Positions 6,227 to 14,392 of a stretch of DNA of 18,522 nt are shown piece after piece (positions within the stretch are counted from its first letter, which is position 1; the number at the start of each line of letters is the position of its first letter). Both the position numbers and the translations under genes were made by a program. Under the pieces are notes generated by a model. That model searched no databases. It saw nothing but the letters and a program-made list of their open reading frames with translations, and was not told the DNA's origin. The DNA is from Verrucomicrobiales bacterium (GTDB lineage: Bacteria > Verrucomicrobiota > Verrucomicrobiia > Verrucomicrobiales > SLCJ01): the NCBI GenBank assembly GCA_046075565.1, contig JBJTQJ010000089.1:1-18522 (forward strand), read 5' to 3'.

Positions 6227-8923
6227 CTACTGCTCATCAAACGGATTTGCCTGATAGTTCCAGTGGAAGAGAAAGTTATCCCATTCGCGCCGCCACTTTT
6301 CTTCATCGCCGGTCACTGCTGCGATCGAAGCACGGTGGAAGGCTGAGCCGGCCAAGGAAAGCTCGCGGCTTGATGGCGTGCGGGCCACCAGCAACGGATC
6401 CTTATGCGGAGGCGTCTTGGCCTGCACCCGATCCACAAGGTCGGCGAATCGTTTTTGGAGGAACTGGGGCTTGCCCTCGTTCGCCGGACGATGGAGCGAT
6501 CGCGGCGTGCCGAATTCGACGACGGGCCGATCATCCGTGTTGAGCGGATACTCCCCGAAGAGATCGGCGGCCAAGCCGATGTTTCCGGCATAAAAGAACA
6601 ACACGGTCTGCTCATTGATCGGGAATCTCAGGTTCTGAATGTCCCGGTAGGTGGCGCCTTCGACCGCCGCACGCTTCTCCGCGTCACTATCGAACATGCT
6701 AGCCGGCAATGGATTGCCATCGGAGTGTCCGACCAAAGCGGCGATCTCCGCCCCGGGTTGAAAATTTCCTCTCCACAAACTGACCTGGGGAAACACCGCG
6801 GTCATCGTCCGGGCGATGATCCCGAATTCGCGCTCGGTGATCTGGTAGAGTGGCAACCACTGCACAAAAACACCACCCGGCTTCAGCCGCTCGCGGGCCC
6901 GCTGAAAATGCTCGCGGCTATAGAGATTGCCCGTGCCACGGCGATACGGCAGAAAAAGATCGGCATTGATCATGGAGTAGGATTCGGAGGTCGCCATCAG
7001 ATGGTTGCGCCCGTCCTTCGTCAGTACCGAGGCCCTTGGATCATGGAAAAGCCCGTTGGTTAGATCCGGCATGCCCGTTCCGCCCGCGAAGTATTTCCTC
7101 GCGGCTTCAATTACACCGGGAGACAATTCGCAGGCCACCACCTGGTTCACGTTGGGATAACCATCGCGATCCAGAGCCTCTCCGGCGGTAATTCCAGTGC
7201 CCATGCCGAGGAAGAACACGCTGTCGGTGGCCGGAAATGCGAGCAAAGGGATCCTCGCCTGATACATCTGGGAACTGAAGGCGCCAATCGAACCAAGACT
7301 ATAGTTGGAATTGATCTTAATCGCGACATCGCCTTGAACATCCCTGACCACGGTTACGGTGCAATCACTGCTCTCCCATTTTTCCAGCAGGGTCTCCCGG
7401 TTGCCATTCGCGTCTTTGGTCCATGAAGAAGGCAGCTTTCCAGGCCGCAAAATGGCGAACGAGAAGACGAGCATCACAACCGCCATCGCCCTCAGGCCCT
7501 TTAGAACATCCGACTTCGCCGATGGAATCAGAACCGCCGCCACCAGATACACGGCGGCGACACATTGGATCGATCGCCATAATCCGAGCCATTCCAGGAG
7601 CAGGAATCCCGCGGCCAATGAACCAAGGATTGAGCCCAGGGTGTTGGTCGCCGAAAGCGAACCGATACTCGCCCCGGGTTGAATGGTGAATCGCTCCTCG
7701 CACTTCATCAGAAAAGGGAACACCGCTCCCAACAAGACACAGGCCGGCCCGATGGCGAGGAAACCCGTTCCGAACAAACGTGCAACATAGATCGCGAAAG
7801 AGGTGTCGGTTGGCAACATGCTCAGGTTTTCGGTGAGTCTGGTGAAAACAAACGGCGTGAAGGCGAGAACGCTGCCTCCGAGCATGAGCACCAACACCAA
7901 AGAGATCTGCTCGGACCAACTGCCGCGAGCCAGCCATGAGGCGAGCCAAGCGCCCAAAGCAAGCCCGGCCAACACGACAATCAACACAGTGGAGAATCCA
8001 TAGACCGAATTCTCATGCACCTGGGCAATCATCCGCGTCCAAATCACCTCGAGGGCGAGCAGGCTGAATCCGGAAACAAAAGCCAGGGCCCGGATGACCC
8101 GGCGCGATATCGCGGGAGCTTGGCTATCGTCCTTTGAACCGCGCGGACGCGACGATTCATCCTTCGCGACGGCGGGAACAACAAAAGCCGCCTGGTTGTC
8201 CGCTCCTTTGCGCGAGAGCATCAACGCCAAGACTCCGGCAAAGGCGGAGGCGAGCATCGCTACAACACAGGTGAGCCGAAGACCAAGCAGCCAGATCAAT
8301 ACGAACGCGGTAGCGAATGCACCGCATGCGGCGCCGATGGTATTCATGGCATACAAGCGCGCACTTGTGGTGCCAAATGACGATGCACGGCGAATGACCG
8401 CTTGCCCGGCAATCGGAAGTGTCCCGCCCATCAAGATGGCGGAAGGAAAGATCAGAATGATCGTCCAGACAATTTTGAAAACAAACAGCCCGATCCCCTG
8501 CCCTGCCTTTCCGTAGAGCATCGGGTAAAAGTATGCGATAGCCAGAGGGGCCAGCAAGAGAATCAGCCCGCAGGCGGCAATCCCGAACTCGAGTCTGGCA
8601 TAGACGCGGAGCGGTCGGGTGATTTGCCCGCATCGTCTCCCCCACCACCAACTGCCAAGGGCCAGTCCTCCGAAAAACGCGGCCAAGGTGATCGCGGTGG
8701 CATGCGACGTATTGCCGAACAACAACCCGAGCTGGCGCATCCACAGGATCTGATAGACAAGGCAGGCGAAACCGGAAAGCCCGACCATCGCCCAGACGGT
8801 CAGGCCTTGGACTCCTTTTTCCTTCGGGTCCGCCCCCACTTTCATTTCCGAGCTATCCGGCGGTTCCGACCCGGCCACTCGCGGACTCTGAGGCGGTTGC
8901 TGGGCTGGTCGTTTGCGCTTCAT
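6227..8923 (-). CDS. Fused multi-TM (MFS-like) / spermidine-synthase-like SAM-binding protein (898 aa)
   Basis: Two internally repeated membrane halves (SGFACLVYQILWMR...YAMNTIGA and SGFSLLALEVIWTR...SATNTLGS), followed by a class I SAM fold: FFLGMGTGITAG, ACELSP, KDGRNHL, INADLF, NLYSREHF...LKPGGVFVQW. Confidence 0.9.
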   Translation of the reverse strand: MKRKRPAQQPPQSPRVAGSEPPDSSEMKVGADPKEKGVQGLTVWAMVGLSGFACLVYQILWMRQLGLLFGNTSHATAITLAAFFGGLALGSWWWGRRCGQITRPLRVYARLEFGIAACGLILLLAPLAIAYFYPMLYGKAGQGIGLFVFKIVWTIILIFPSAILMGGTLPIAGQAVIRRASSFGTTSARLYAMNTIGAACGAFATAFVLIWLLGLRLTCVVAMLASAFAGVLALMLSRKGADNQAAFVVPAVAKDESSRPRGSKDDSQAPAISRRVIRALAFVSGFSLLALEVIWTRMIAQVHENSVYGFSTVLIVVLAGLALGAWLASWLARGSWSEQISLVLVLMLGGSVLAFTPFVFTRLTENLSMLPTDTSFAIYVARLFGTGFLAIGPACVLLGAVFPFLMKCEERFTIQPGASIGSLSATNTLGSILGSLAAGFLLLEWLGLWRSIQCVAAVYLVAAVLIPSAKSDVLKGLRAMAVVMLVFSFAILRPGKLPSSWTKDANGNRETLLEKWESSDCTVTVVRDVQGDVAIKINSNYSLGSIGAFSSQMYQARIPLLAFPATDSVFFLGMGTGITAGEALDRDGYPNVNQVVACELSPGVIEAARKYFAGGTGMPDLTNGLFHDPRASVLTKDGRNHLMATSESYSMINADLFLPYRRGTGNLYSREHFQRARERLKPGGVFVQWLPLYQITEREFGIIARTMTAVFPQVSLWRGNFQPGAEIAALVGHSDGNPLPASMFDSDAEKRAAVEGATYRDIQNLRFPINEQTVLFFYAGNIGLAADLFGEYPLNTDDRPVVEFGTPRSLHRPANEGKPQFLQKRFADLVDRVQAKTPPHKDPLLVARTPSSRELSLAGSAFHRASIAAVTGDEEKWRREWDNFLFHWNYQANPFDEQ

Positions 8924-9074
8924 GCGATGTGGAATGGGCGCCCGGCCAGGCCGAGCGTCGCGCGAAACCTGCCATGGTCAACCCTCGCGGCAACCGAAAT
9001 CGGTGTTCCGTGGCACCCGTTAGGAGGCGAAAATCAAAGTGGACATAGGCCCGATGCCAGATCTAAGCTCCCGA

Positions 9075-12047
9075 ATGTTTCGCTGCATCTTGCTCCTCCC
9101 CGCGACAGTGACATTCCGGTTCATCTTTCTGGTCCCAGCCTTGATGCTGGCAGTCCCCGAGGCAAAGGCCCGGACATGGACGGACAACAAAGGACGGACC
9201 ATTGCAGCCGAAATCGTCAGCGTTGAAAATGCGGCGGTGGTGGTGAACAAGGAAGGCATGAATGTCCGCCTGCCCATGGAAGTGCTGAGCGCGCAGGACA
9301 AGGAATTCGTGAACGGATGGGTCAAATCGAAAAGCGCGCCACCAGCAGCCGCCAGCCCGGCCAAGGCCACACTGGTCGCGGCGGCACCGACGAAAGCGGC
9401 CGCCCCCGCTGCACCGGAAGCCTACTATACCAGCGAAACCACACCCATCTTTAATCCCTATCCGAATGTCACTGACAAGAGACCATGGCTGGTGAGGAAC
9501 CTGGGGCCGGTGGGAATCGGCATCAATCTCACCCGGCCCGGCATGACCATGGAGATCAACAATGTCGAAAAAGGCTCACCCGCCGAAGCCACCGGGAAAT
9601 TGAAAAAGGGTCAGATCATCGAGAGCATCAACGGCAAGACTCTCAAAGCCGTGGACCCTCGGATCATCCTCGGCGATATCGTGACCGAGGCCGAAGCCAC
9701 CGATGGCAAAGTTGTGCTGAAGATCCAAGGCGAGGGCGATGTTGTGGTGACCATCCCGGTGATGGGGCGCTACAGCGACACCTGGCCGGAGAAATGCCAG
9801 AAGTCCGACCAGATCGTACGCAACCTCGCGGACCTCCTGGCCAAAGAGCAAACACCGTCCTGGGGGTCTGTCATTTTCCTCCTCTCCACGGGCGAGGAGA
9901 AAGACCTTGAAGTGGTTCGCAAGTGGATGACCGGCATCGAAACCATCGGTGGGATGAATTGGGAAAAAGGCTACAAGGGGCTCGGCCTATGTGAATACTA
10001 CCTGCGGACCGGAGATCAAACCATGCTCCCCGTCATCAAGAAGATGACCGAAGAACTCAAGAGCCACATGTATAGCGGTGGTTGGAGCGGACGCGGCGCG
10101 CCTGCCGCCTTCACTTACTCGACGGGCTCGGGACAGGTCCACGCTTCCGGCGTGCATTGCATGACCTTCCTCGTCATGGCCAAACTCTGCGGAGTGGAAG
10201 TGGACGAATACATGTTCAGCGAGGCTTTCGCGCAGTTCTACCGTTTCGCCGGCCACGGCAACGTGGCCTATGGCAATACCCTGGCCGAGGGCGGATTCCG
10301 CGACAACGGCAAGACCAGCGGATTGGCACTCGGACTTGCCGCTGCGGCAATGGTTTCTCCCGAGGGCGAGAAATCTGTCTTTGCCAAAGCGCGTGACAAC
10401 TCCTCTATGAAGGCGTTTTACGCCACCAACTGGTTCCACGCTGCCCACACCGGCGGAGGCATGGGAGAGATCTGGCACCACGCCGTGATCAACCAGATGC
10501 GTGAAAAGCGCCCGGTGCCCTATCGCTCCTATCTCGACACCCGCCGCTGGGTGATGGACCTATCGCGGCGATTTGACGGCGGCATCGGCATCGCGGGTAT
10601 GGACGACCGTTACGATCGCTCCGCGACCGAAGACAACATGGCGTGGGGCACATTCTTCGCGCTCACCTATACCTATCCCCGGAAGCAACTCCAGCTCTTC
10701 GGGGCGCCGCGCAGCCCTCATGCCAAGAAGATGTCTATCCCCCGCCCTTGGGGCAACGCCGCCGATGATGTTTTCCACTCGATTGAACCGATTCCCGGCG
10801 GCCCGCTGACCATGGAGGATCTGATGAACGAGAAAGTCGAGTCGCACTCTTCCTCGGCGGTCTTCGCAAAACTCGGCGATCCGGCTTTGAGCGATACCAC
10901 CCTCCTGAAATACATCCATCATCCGGAATACGACCTGCGCAGTTCGGCGATGGATCAGGTCACGAAGCGCGGTCGTGCGGACCTCGTGCTTCAACTCCTG
11001 CAATCCGGTGACACCCGCCTCCGGCAAGCCGGCTTGCTCGCTCTGACCGGTATGTTTAAGGGCACCCCGCTGCCAGCGGATAAAGTCACGCCGGAGATGC
11101 ACGCGGAGGTCGTGAAAATGCTCAATGATCCTGATGAGGCATGGTGGACCGCTTTCCATGCCATTGATGCCCTCGGCCGTTGTTCTCCCGATTTGATTGC
11201 CCCGCACCGCGACCGGTTGATTCAGTTCCTCGATTACAAGTGCACATGGATTCAAACCTCCGCCACTTTGGCGCTGACAAAGATCTGCACCGATCCGGCC
11301 CACTACAAAGTGGTGCTGCCGCTTGTTATCAAGAAATCCGCCGGCTTCCGGGTGGATTCTGCATCCTACCGAACCTCGACCGCCATCGCCGCCGCGTTGA
11401 AAGGCGCTTCTCCGGAAGTGAAACAATTCGCTGACCCCCTCTTGAAACAAACCTATACCGCATTGCCCGATGTGCTGGCTGAGCCCAACACCGGGGCCGT
11501 CCTCGGCGGAGGCGCGAGAATCGTGCGCTCGCGCATCGGTTCCATCGTGCAGGAACTGCCCGGCGGAGAGGATTTCGTGCGGAGAATTCCCAAAACCACC
11601 CTTGCTTCGTATGTCAGCGGCAAAGACACCGACGAATACACCTACAGTGGCACCTTCACTCCGAACAAGGCCCTCGTTGGCACCTGGGCATGGGCCGTGT
11701 GGCCGGCACCCAACAATCCGGACGAGATCGAGAAATGCATCAACGGGTTCCTCAATTCACCCCCGGGAAAAACACCCGGCAAAATCCAGAATCCCAAGGA
11801 TGTGATCCAGTTGCTTGAAGACGGCAAGGTGGGGAAATCCAGATTTTTCGGTGGCTACTTCTGGTCGGGCGACATGCTCGTCGGCGTGAATGACGACCAA
11901 GCCCTCAAGATGGAAGTGCGCACGATGGGTGGCCGGGATTTCCTCATCGTGGAGCGCGGTGGATTCAATGCCAAACCCGAGAGCGAGGACGACTTGATCA
12001 TCCCGCCAGGCTGGCACTGCGGCTACCATGTCTATGTGAGGGAGTAA
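9075..12047 (+). CDS. Exported multidomain protein: signal peptide, SHD1-like, Ala/Pro linker, PDZ-like, DUF6288-like helical domain, HEAT-like repeats, C-terminal domain
   Basis: Signal peptide ending AKA; RTWTDNKGRTIAAE...LSAQDKEFV (SHD1-like); NLGPVG...VEKGSPA..GKLKKGQIIESING (PDZ-like); LCEYYLRTGD...GGW...G.VAYG...DNGK (DUF6288-like); RSSAM, RQAGL, AIDALG helical repeats. Start could be GTG 9039, ATG 9075 or GTG 9108. Confidence 0.8.
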   Translation: MFRCILLLPATVTFRFIFLVPALMLAVPEAKARTWTDNKGRTIAAEIVSVENAAVVVNKEGMNVRLPMEVLSAQDKEFVNGWVKSKSAPPAAASPAKATLVAAAPTKAAAPAAPEAYYTSETTPIFNPYPNVTDKRPWLVRNLGPVGIGINLTRPGMTMEINNVEKGSPAEATGKLKKGQIIESINGKTLKAVDPRIILGDIVTEAEATDGKVVLKIQGEGDVVVTIPVMGRYSDTWPEKCQKSDQIVRNLADLLAKEQTPSWGSVIFLLSTGEEKDLEVVRKWMTGIETIGGMNWEKGYKGLGLCEYYLRTGDQTMLPVIKKMTEELKSHMYSGGWSGRGAPAAFTYSTGSGQVHASGVHCMTFLVMAKLCGVEVDEYMFSEAFAQFYRFAGHGNVAYGNTLAEGGFRDNGKTSGLALGLAAAAMVSPEGEKSVFAKARDNSSMKAFYATNWFHAAHTGGGMGEIWHHAVINQMREKRPVPYRSYLDTRRWVMDLSRRFDGGIGIAGMDDRYDRSATEDNMAWGTFFALTYTYPRKQLQLFGAPRSPHAKKMSIPRPWGNAADDVFHSIEPIPGGPLTMEDLMNEKVESHSSSAVFAKLGDPALSDTTLLKYIHHPEYDLRSSAMDQVTKRGRADLVLQLLQSGDTRLRQAGLLALTGMFKGTPLPADKVTPEMHAEVVKMLNDPDEAWWTAFHAIDALGRCSPDLIAPHRDRLIQFLDYKCTWIQTSATLALTKICTDPAHYKVVLPLVIKKSAGFRVDSASYRTSTAIAAALKGASPEVKQFADPLLKQTYTALPDVLAEPNTGAVLGGGARIVRSRIGSIVQELPGGEDFVRRIPKTTLASYVSGKDTDEYTYSGTFTPNKALVGTWAWAVWPAPNNPDEIEKCINGFLNSPPGKTPGKIQNPKDVIQLLEDGKVGKSRFFGGYFWSGDMLVGVNDDQALKMEVRTMGGRDFLIVERGGFNAKPESEDDLIIPPGWHCGYHVYVRE

Positions 12048-12071
12048 CAACTCCATTCGTCGAACCTGGTC

Positions 12072-12089
12072 CCAAGCAAAGCATTCCGG
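12072..12089 (+). repeat. Direct repeat copy 2 (CCAAGCAAAGCATTCCGG)
   Basis: Matches 6208-6226; lies 2 nt from the stop codon of the minus-strand fucosidase gene. Confidence 0.7.
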
Positions 12090-12091
12090 GG

Positions 12092-13495
12092 CTATCGGCG
12101 CAGAAGCACCCGGAAGGTGGCGACCGGACCGACGGGAGCTTGAGCCGGCAGGGCGAGGGAAAGCGTTTCTGCAGATTGCGACCAATTCACCACGTTTTCC
12201 GAGCCAAGCATCGTCACGGAAGCAATCCCCTGTCCTGCCAGTTGTCTCTCGCCCAGCGCCTTGATGGCAAGGTCGCCGGCCTTTCCGGTCACAGGACAAA
12301 AAACATACACGGCATCCCCTCGGGTGGTGAAATTGATGGCAAGTCCGGACGCTTCGATTTTCTCCTCGTTCGTTAACCAAGGCATGCTGCCGTAAATCGC
12401 ATCCCCATTGATGTCCATCCAGCGTCCAACCTCGGCGAGCCGTTCGATGCACGGCCCGGGAATTTTACCCTCCGGTGTGGGGCCGACATTGAGCAGATAG
12501 TTGCCACCTTTGCTAACGATCTGGATGAGTTTGGTGATGATTTCGTCTGCCGAATGCCATTGGTGGTCGTTCGGGTTGTATCCGTAACTCGTGTTCATCG
12601 AGCCGGGATTTTCCCATTCAAAGCCGATGGTGTTTTTCAGGATCTCGTTGTCCCCGCTGGAGAGGTAGTCGCAAAATGGCGGTGGCATCGTTTTCGGCGG
12701 CACGCAACCCCGGATGCGGCTGTTGATCACACATTCCGGACGGAGAGAACGCACGGCTCGATAGAGGTCGAGAACCTGGGCTTCGTTTTTCATGTCGATA
12801 TCGTCAAACCACAGGACATCGGGCCGGTATTTTTTCAGGATTTCCTCGACCTGCGGTTGGGCGAATCCGGCGAGGTAGCGGTCGAAGTCCTCCTGGGTTG
12901 AATTCGGGTAATCCCAGGTGTTGGTCTGTTTGTATCGATTGCCCGGTCCCTGAGGACGATACCAATCGCGATCCACGGAATAGTAGCAGCCGAATCGCAA
13001 CCCGTGGTCGCGGCAGGCCTTGGAGAGTTCCCCGGTGATATCCCGTTTGAACGGCGTGGCATCGACGATGTCATACGGCGTGTGCTCCGATTGGAACATG
13101 GAGAAGCCATCGTGGTGCTTGGCGGTGAGCACCATGTATTTCATGCCCGCTTTTTTCGCGATGGCCGACCACTCCGCCGCATTGAACTTCACCGGGTTGA
13201 ACTTTGCGGCGAGTTGCTCGTATTCCTTCGCCGGAATTTTCTCATCAAACATGAGCCATTCCGAGTATCCACTATCGCGGACCTTTCCTTTCCAAGTGCC
13301 CCCCGGTATGGCATAGAGCCCCCAGTGGATGAACATGCCGAATCGCGCTTCGCGCCACCATTGGATCCGATGCTCGCGGGTCATTTCAGGCGTGGTGGTG
13401 GTTTCGGCTTGCGGGGCGGCGGCGGCGAAGGAACTCAAGACCAAGACGGCGGCGATGGAGAGTCCGGAGAATCCGCATAAAAATGGTTGCTTCAT
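12092..13495 (-). CDS. Alpha-L-fucosidase (GH29), Sec signal peptide
   Basis: WWREARFGMFIHWG, YSEW, AGMKYMVLTAKHHDGF, YYS..DW, LWFD (nucleophile), SKGGNYLLNVGP. Start moved to ATG 13495 (MKQPF...AAAA), which avoids overlap with the upstream gene and follows an AGGA. Confidence 0.95.
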   Translation of the reverse strand: MKQPFLCGFSGLSIAAVLVLSSFAAAAPQAETTTTPEMTREHRIQWWREARFGMFIHWGLYAIPGGTWKGKVRDSGYSEWLMFDEKIPAKEYEQLAAKFNPVKFNAAEWSAIAKKAGMKYMVLTAKHHDGFSMFQSEHTPYDIVDATPFKRDITGELSKACRDHGLRFGCYYSVDRDWYRPQGPGNRYKQTNTWDYPNSTQEDFDRYLAGFAQPQVEEILKKYRPDVLWFDDIDMKNEAQVLDLYRAVRSLRPECVINSRIRGCVPPKTMPPPFCDYLSSGDNEILKNTIGFEWENPGSMNTSYGYNPNDHQWHSADEIITKLIQIVSKGGNYLLNVGPTPEGKIPGPCIERLAEVGRWMDINGDAIYGSMPWLTNEEKIEASGLAINFTTRGDAVYVFCPVTGKAGDLAIKALGERQLAGQGIASVTMLGSENVVNWSQSAETLSLALPAQAPVGPVATFRVLLRR

Positions 13496-13530
13496 ATCAT
13501 TGGTTCCTGATCCATTGATTTCAAAAAACA

Positions 13531-14280
13531 TCAAATCCCCACGGTTTCCCGCCACTTGCGGGCCATGATGGCGTGACCCGCGACGGATGGATGGATGCCG
13601 TCCCACAGCCAGAATTCAGCGGGAGCGGCCTTCACGGCTTCATCGAATAGCGCTTGGAATGGGACGAAGGTCAGGCTCATCTCGTCGGCGAGTTTTTTGG
13701 AGACCGCCCGGAATTTCGCCAACGGTTCGAACTCTTTCGAGGTGCGGGTGGTGAATGGTTCGCAGATGACAATCCTCACTCCCGGGATTTCCTTTTGCGA
13801 GCGTTGGATGAGTGCGCGGAAGCCGCTTTCGTAATCTTCGATGGTTGCCTTGTATTTGTTACCGAAAGCGAAGGTGTGCCAGAGGTCATTGACCCCGATG
13901 AGGATGCTGAGGATATCAGGTTTGAGAGCAACGGCATCACGATCCCATCGCCCGGCCAAATCGGGTATCTTATGTCCGCTGATGCCCCGGTTGTAGATCC
14001 GCAGATCCATATCGGGATGAGCGAGAAGGAGTTCGCCGGCCGCCATGGCGGCATAACCATTGCCCAGAGCTTTCCCATCATTGGGTTCCAGCACATCCAT
14101 CTTGCGTCCGTCATCGGTGATCGAATCACCCTGGAAGAGGATGACACTTCCCTTCTTCAGACTGCCTTCGGACGATTCCGCTTCAAGGGCTTGGCTGCCG
14201 GCGGCACCAAGAGCGCCCAAGGTGGCGGCGGTTTGCAGGATCTTGCGGCGGGAATAGGGCGAGGATTGAGAGGATTCCAT
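13531..14280 (-). CDS. SGNH/GDSL hydrolase (carbohydrate acetylesterase-like) with twin-arginine signal
   Basis: Blocks FQGDSITD, NRGISG, LIGVND and DGIHP (complete catalytic set); N-terminal SRRKILQ. Start taken at ATG 14280. Confidence 0.92.
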   Translation of the reverse strand: MESSQSSPYSRRKILQTAATLGALGAAGSQALEAESSEGSLKKGSVILFQGDSITDDGRKMDVLEPNDGKALGNGYAAMAAGELLLAHPDMDLRIYNRGISGHKIPDLAGRWDRDAVALKPDILSILIGVNDLWHTFAFGNKYKATIEDYESGFRALIQRSQKEIPGVRIVICEPFTTRTSKEFEPLAKFRAVSKKLADEMSLTFVPFQALFDEAVKAAPAEFWLWDGIHPSVAGHAIMARKWRETVGI

Positions 14281-14299
14281 GGCGTTTGGGGAAGGATGG

Positions 14300-14327
14300 A
14301 TGGTAACGCCTGCCACTCTTTTTGCAA
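14300..14327 (-). promoter_or_regulatory. Putative sigma70 promoter of the esterase-fucosidase pair
   Basis: Minus strand TTGCAA(14327-14322)-N16-TACCAT(14305-14300), 19 nt before the ATG. Confidence 0.55.
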
Positions 14328-14344
14328 ATCGCTCTTCGCCCGGC

Positions 14345-14366
14345 AAACGATGGGAGGAACCATCGC
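14345..14366 (-). terminator. Candidate weak intrinsic terminator after mgtE
   Basis: Minus strand GCGATGG-TTCCTC-CCATCG-TTT, starting 26 nt after the stop; the U tract is short. Confidence 0.35.
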
Positions 14367-14392
14367 GGTGGTTGGATTTCATTTCCAGAACC

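Noticed and set aside
9011-9025. Sigma54 promoter (TGGCAC at 9011)
   Set aside because: The -12 position reads AGGA instead of TTGC.
9335-9420. Repeat-like GC-rich stretch
   Set aside because: It encodes an Ala/Pro/Lys linker and is not a DNA repeat element.
12041-12094. Integron attC site at the convergent junction (TAAC at the stop)
   Set aside because: No RYYYAAC...GTTRRRY pair, no long imperfect palindrome, and no integrase in the window.
13496-13606. Longer N-termini given by the ORF track for GH29 (also 14281-14445, 16467-16694, 16541-16606, 17436-17471)
   Set aside because: They overlap neighbouring genes or promoters and would bury signal peptides or family N-termini.
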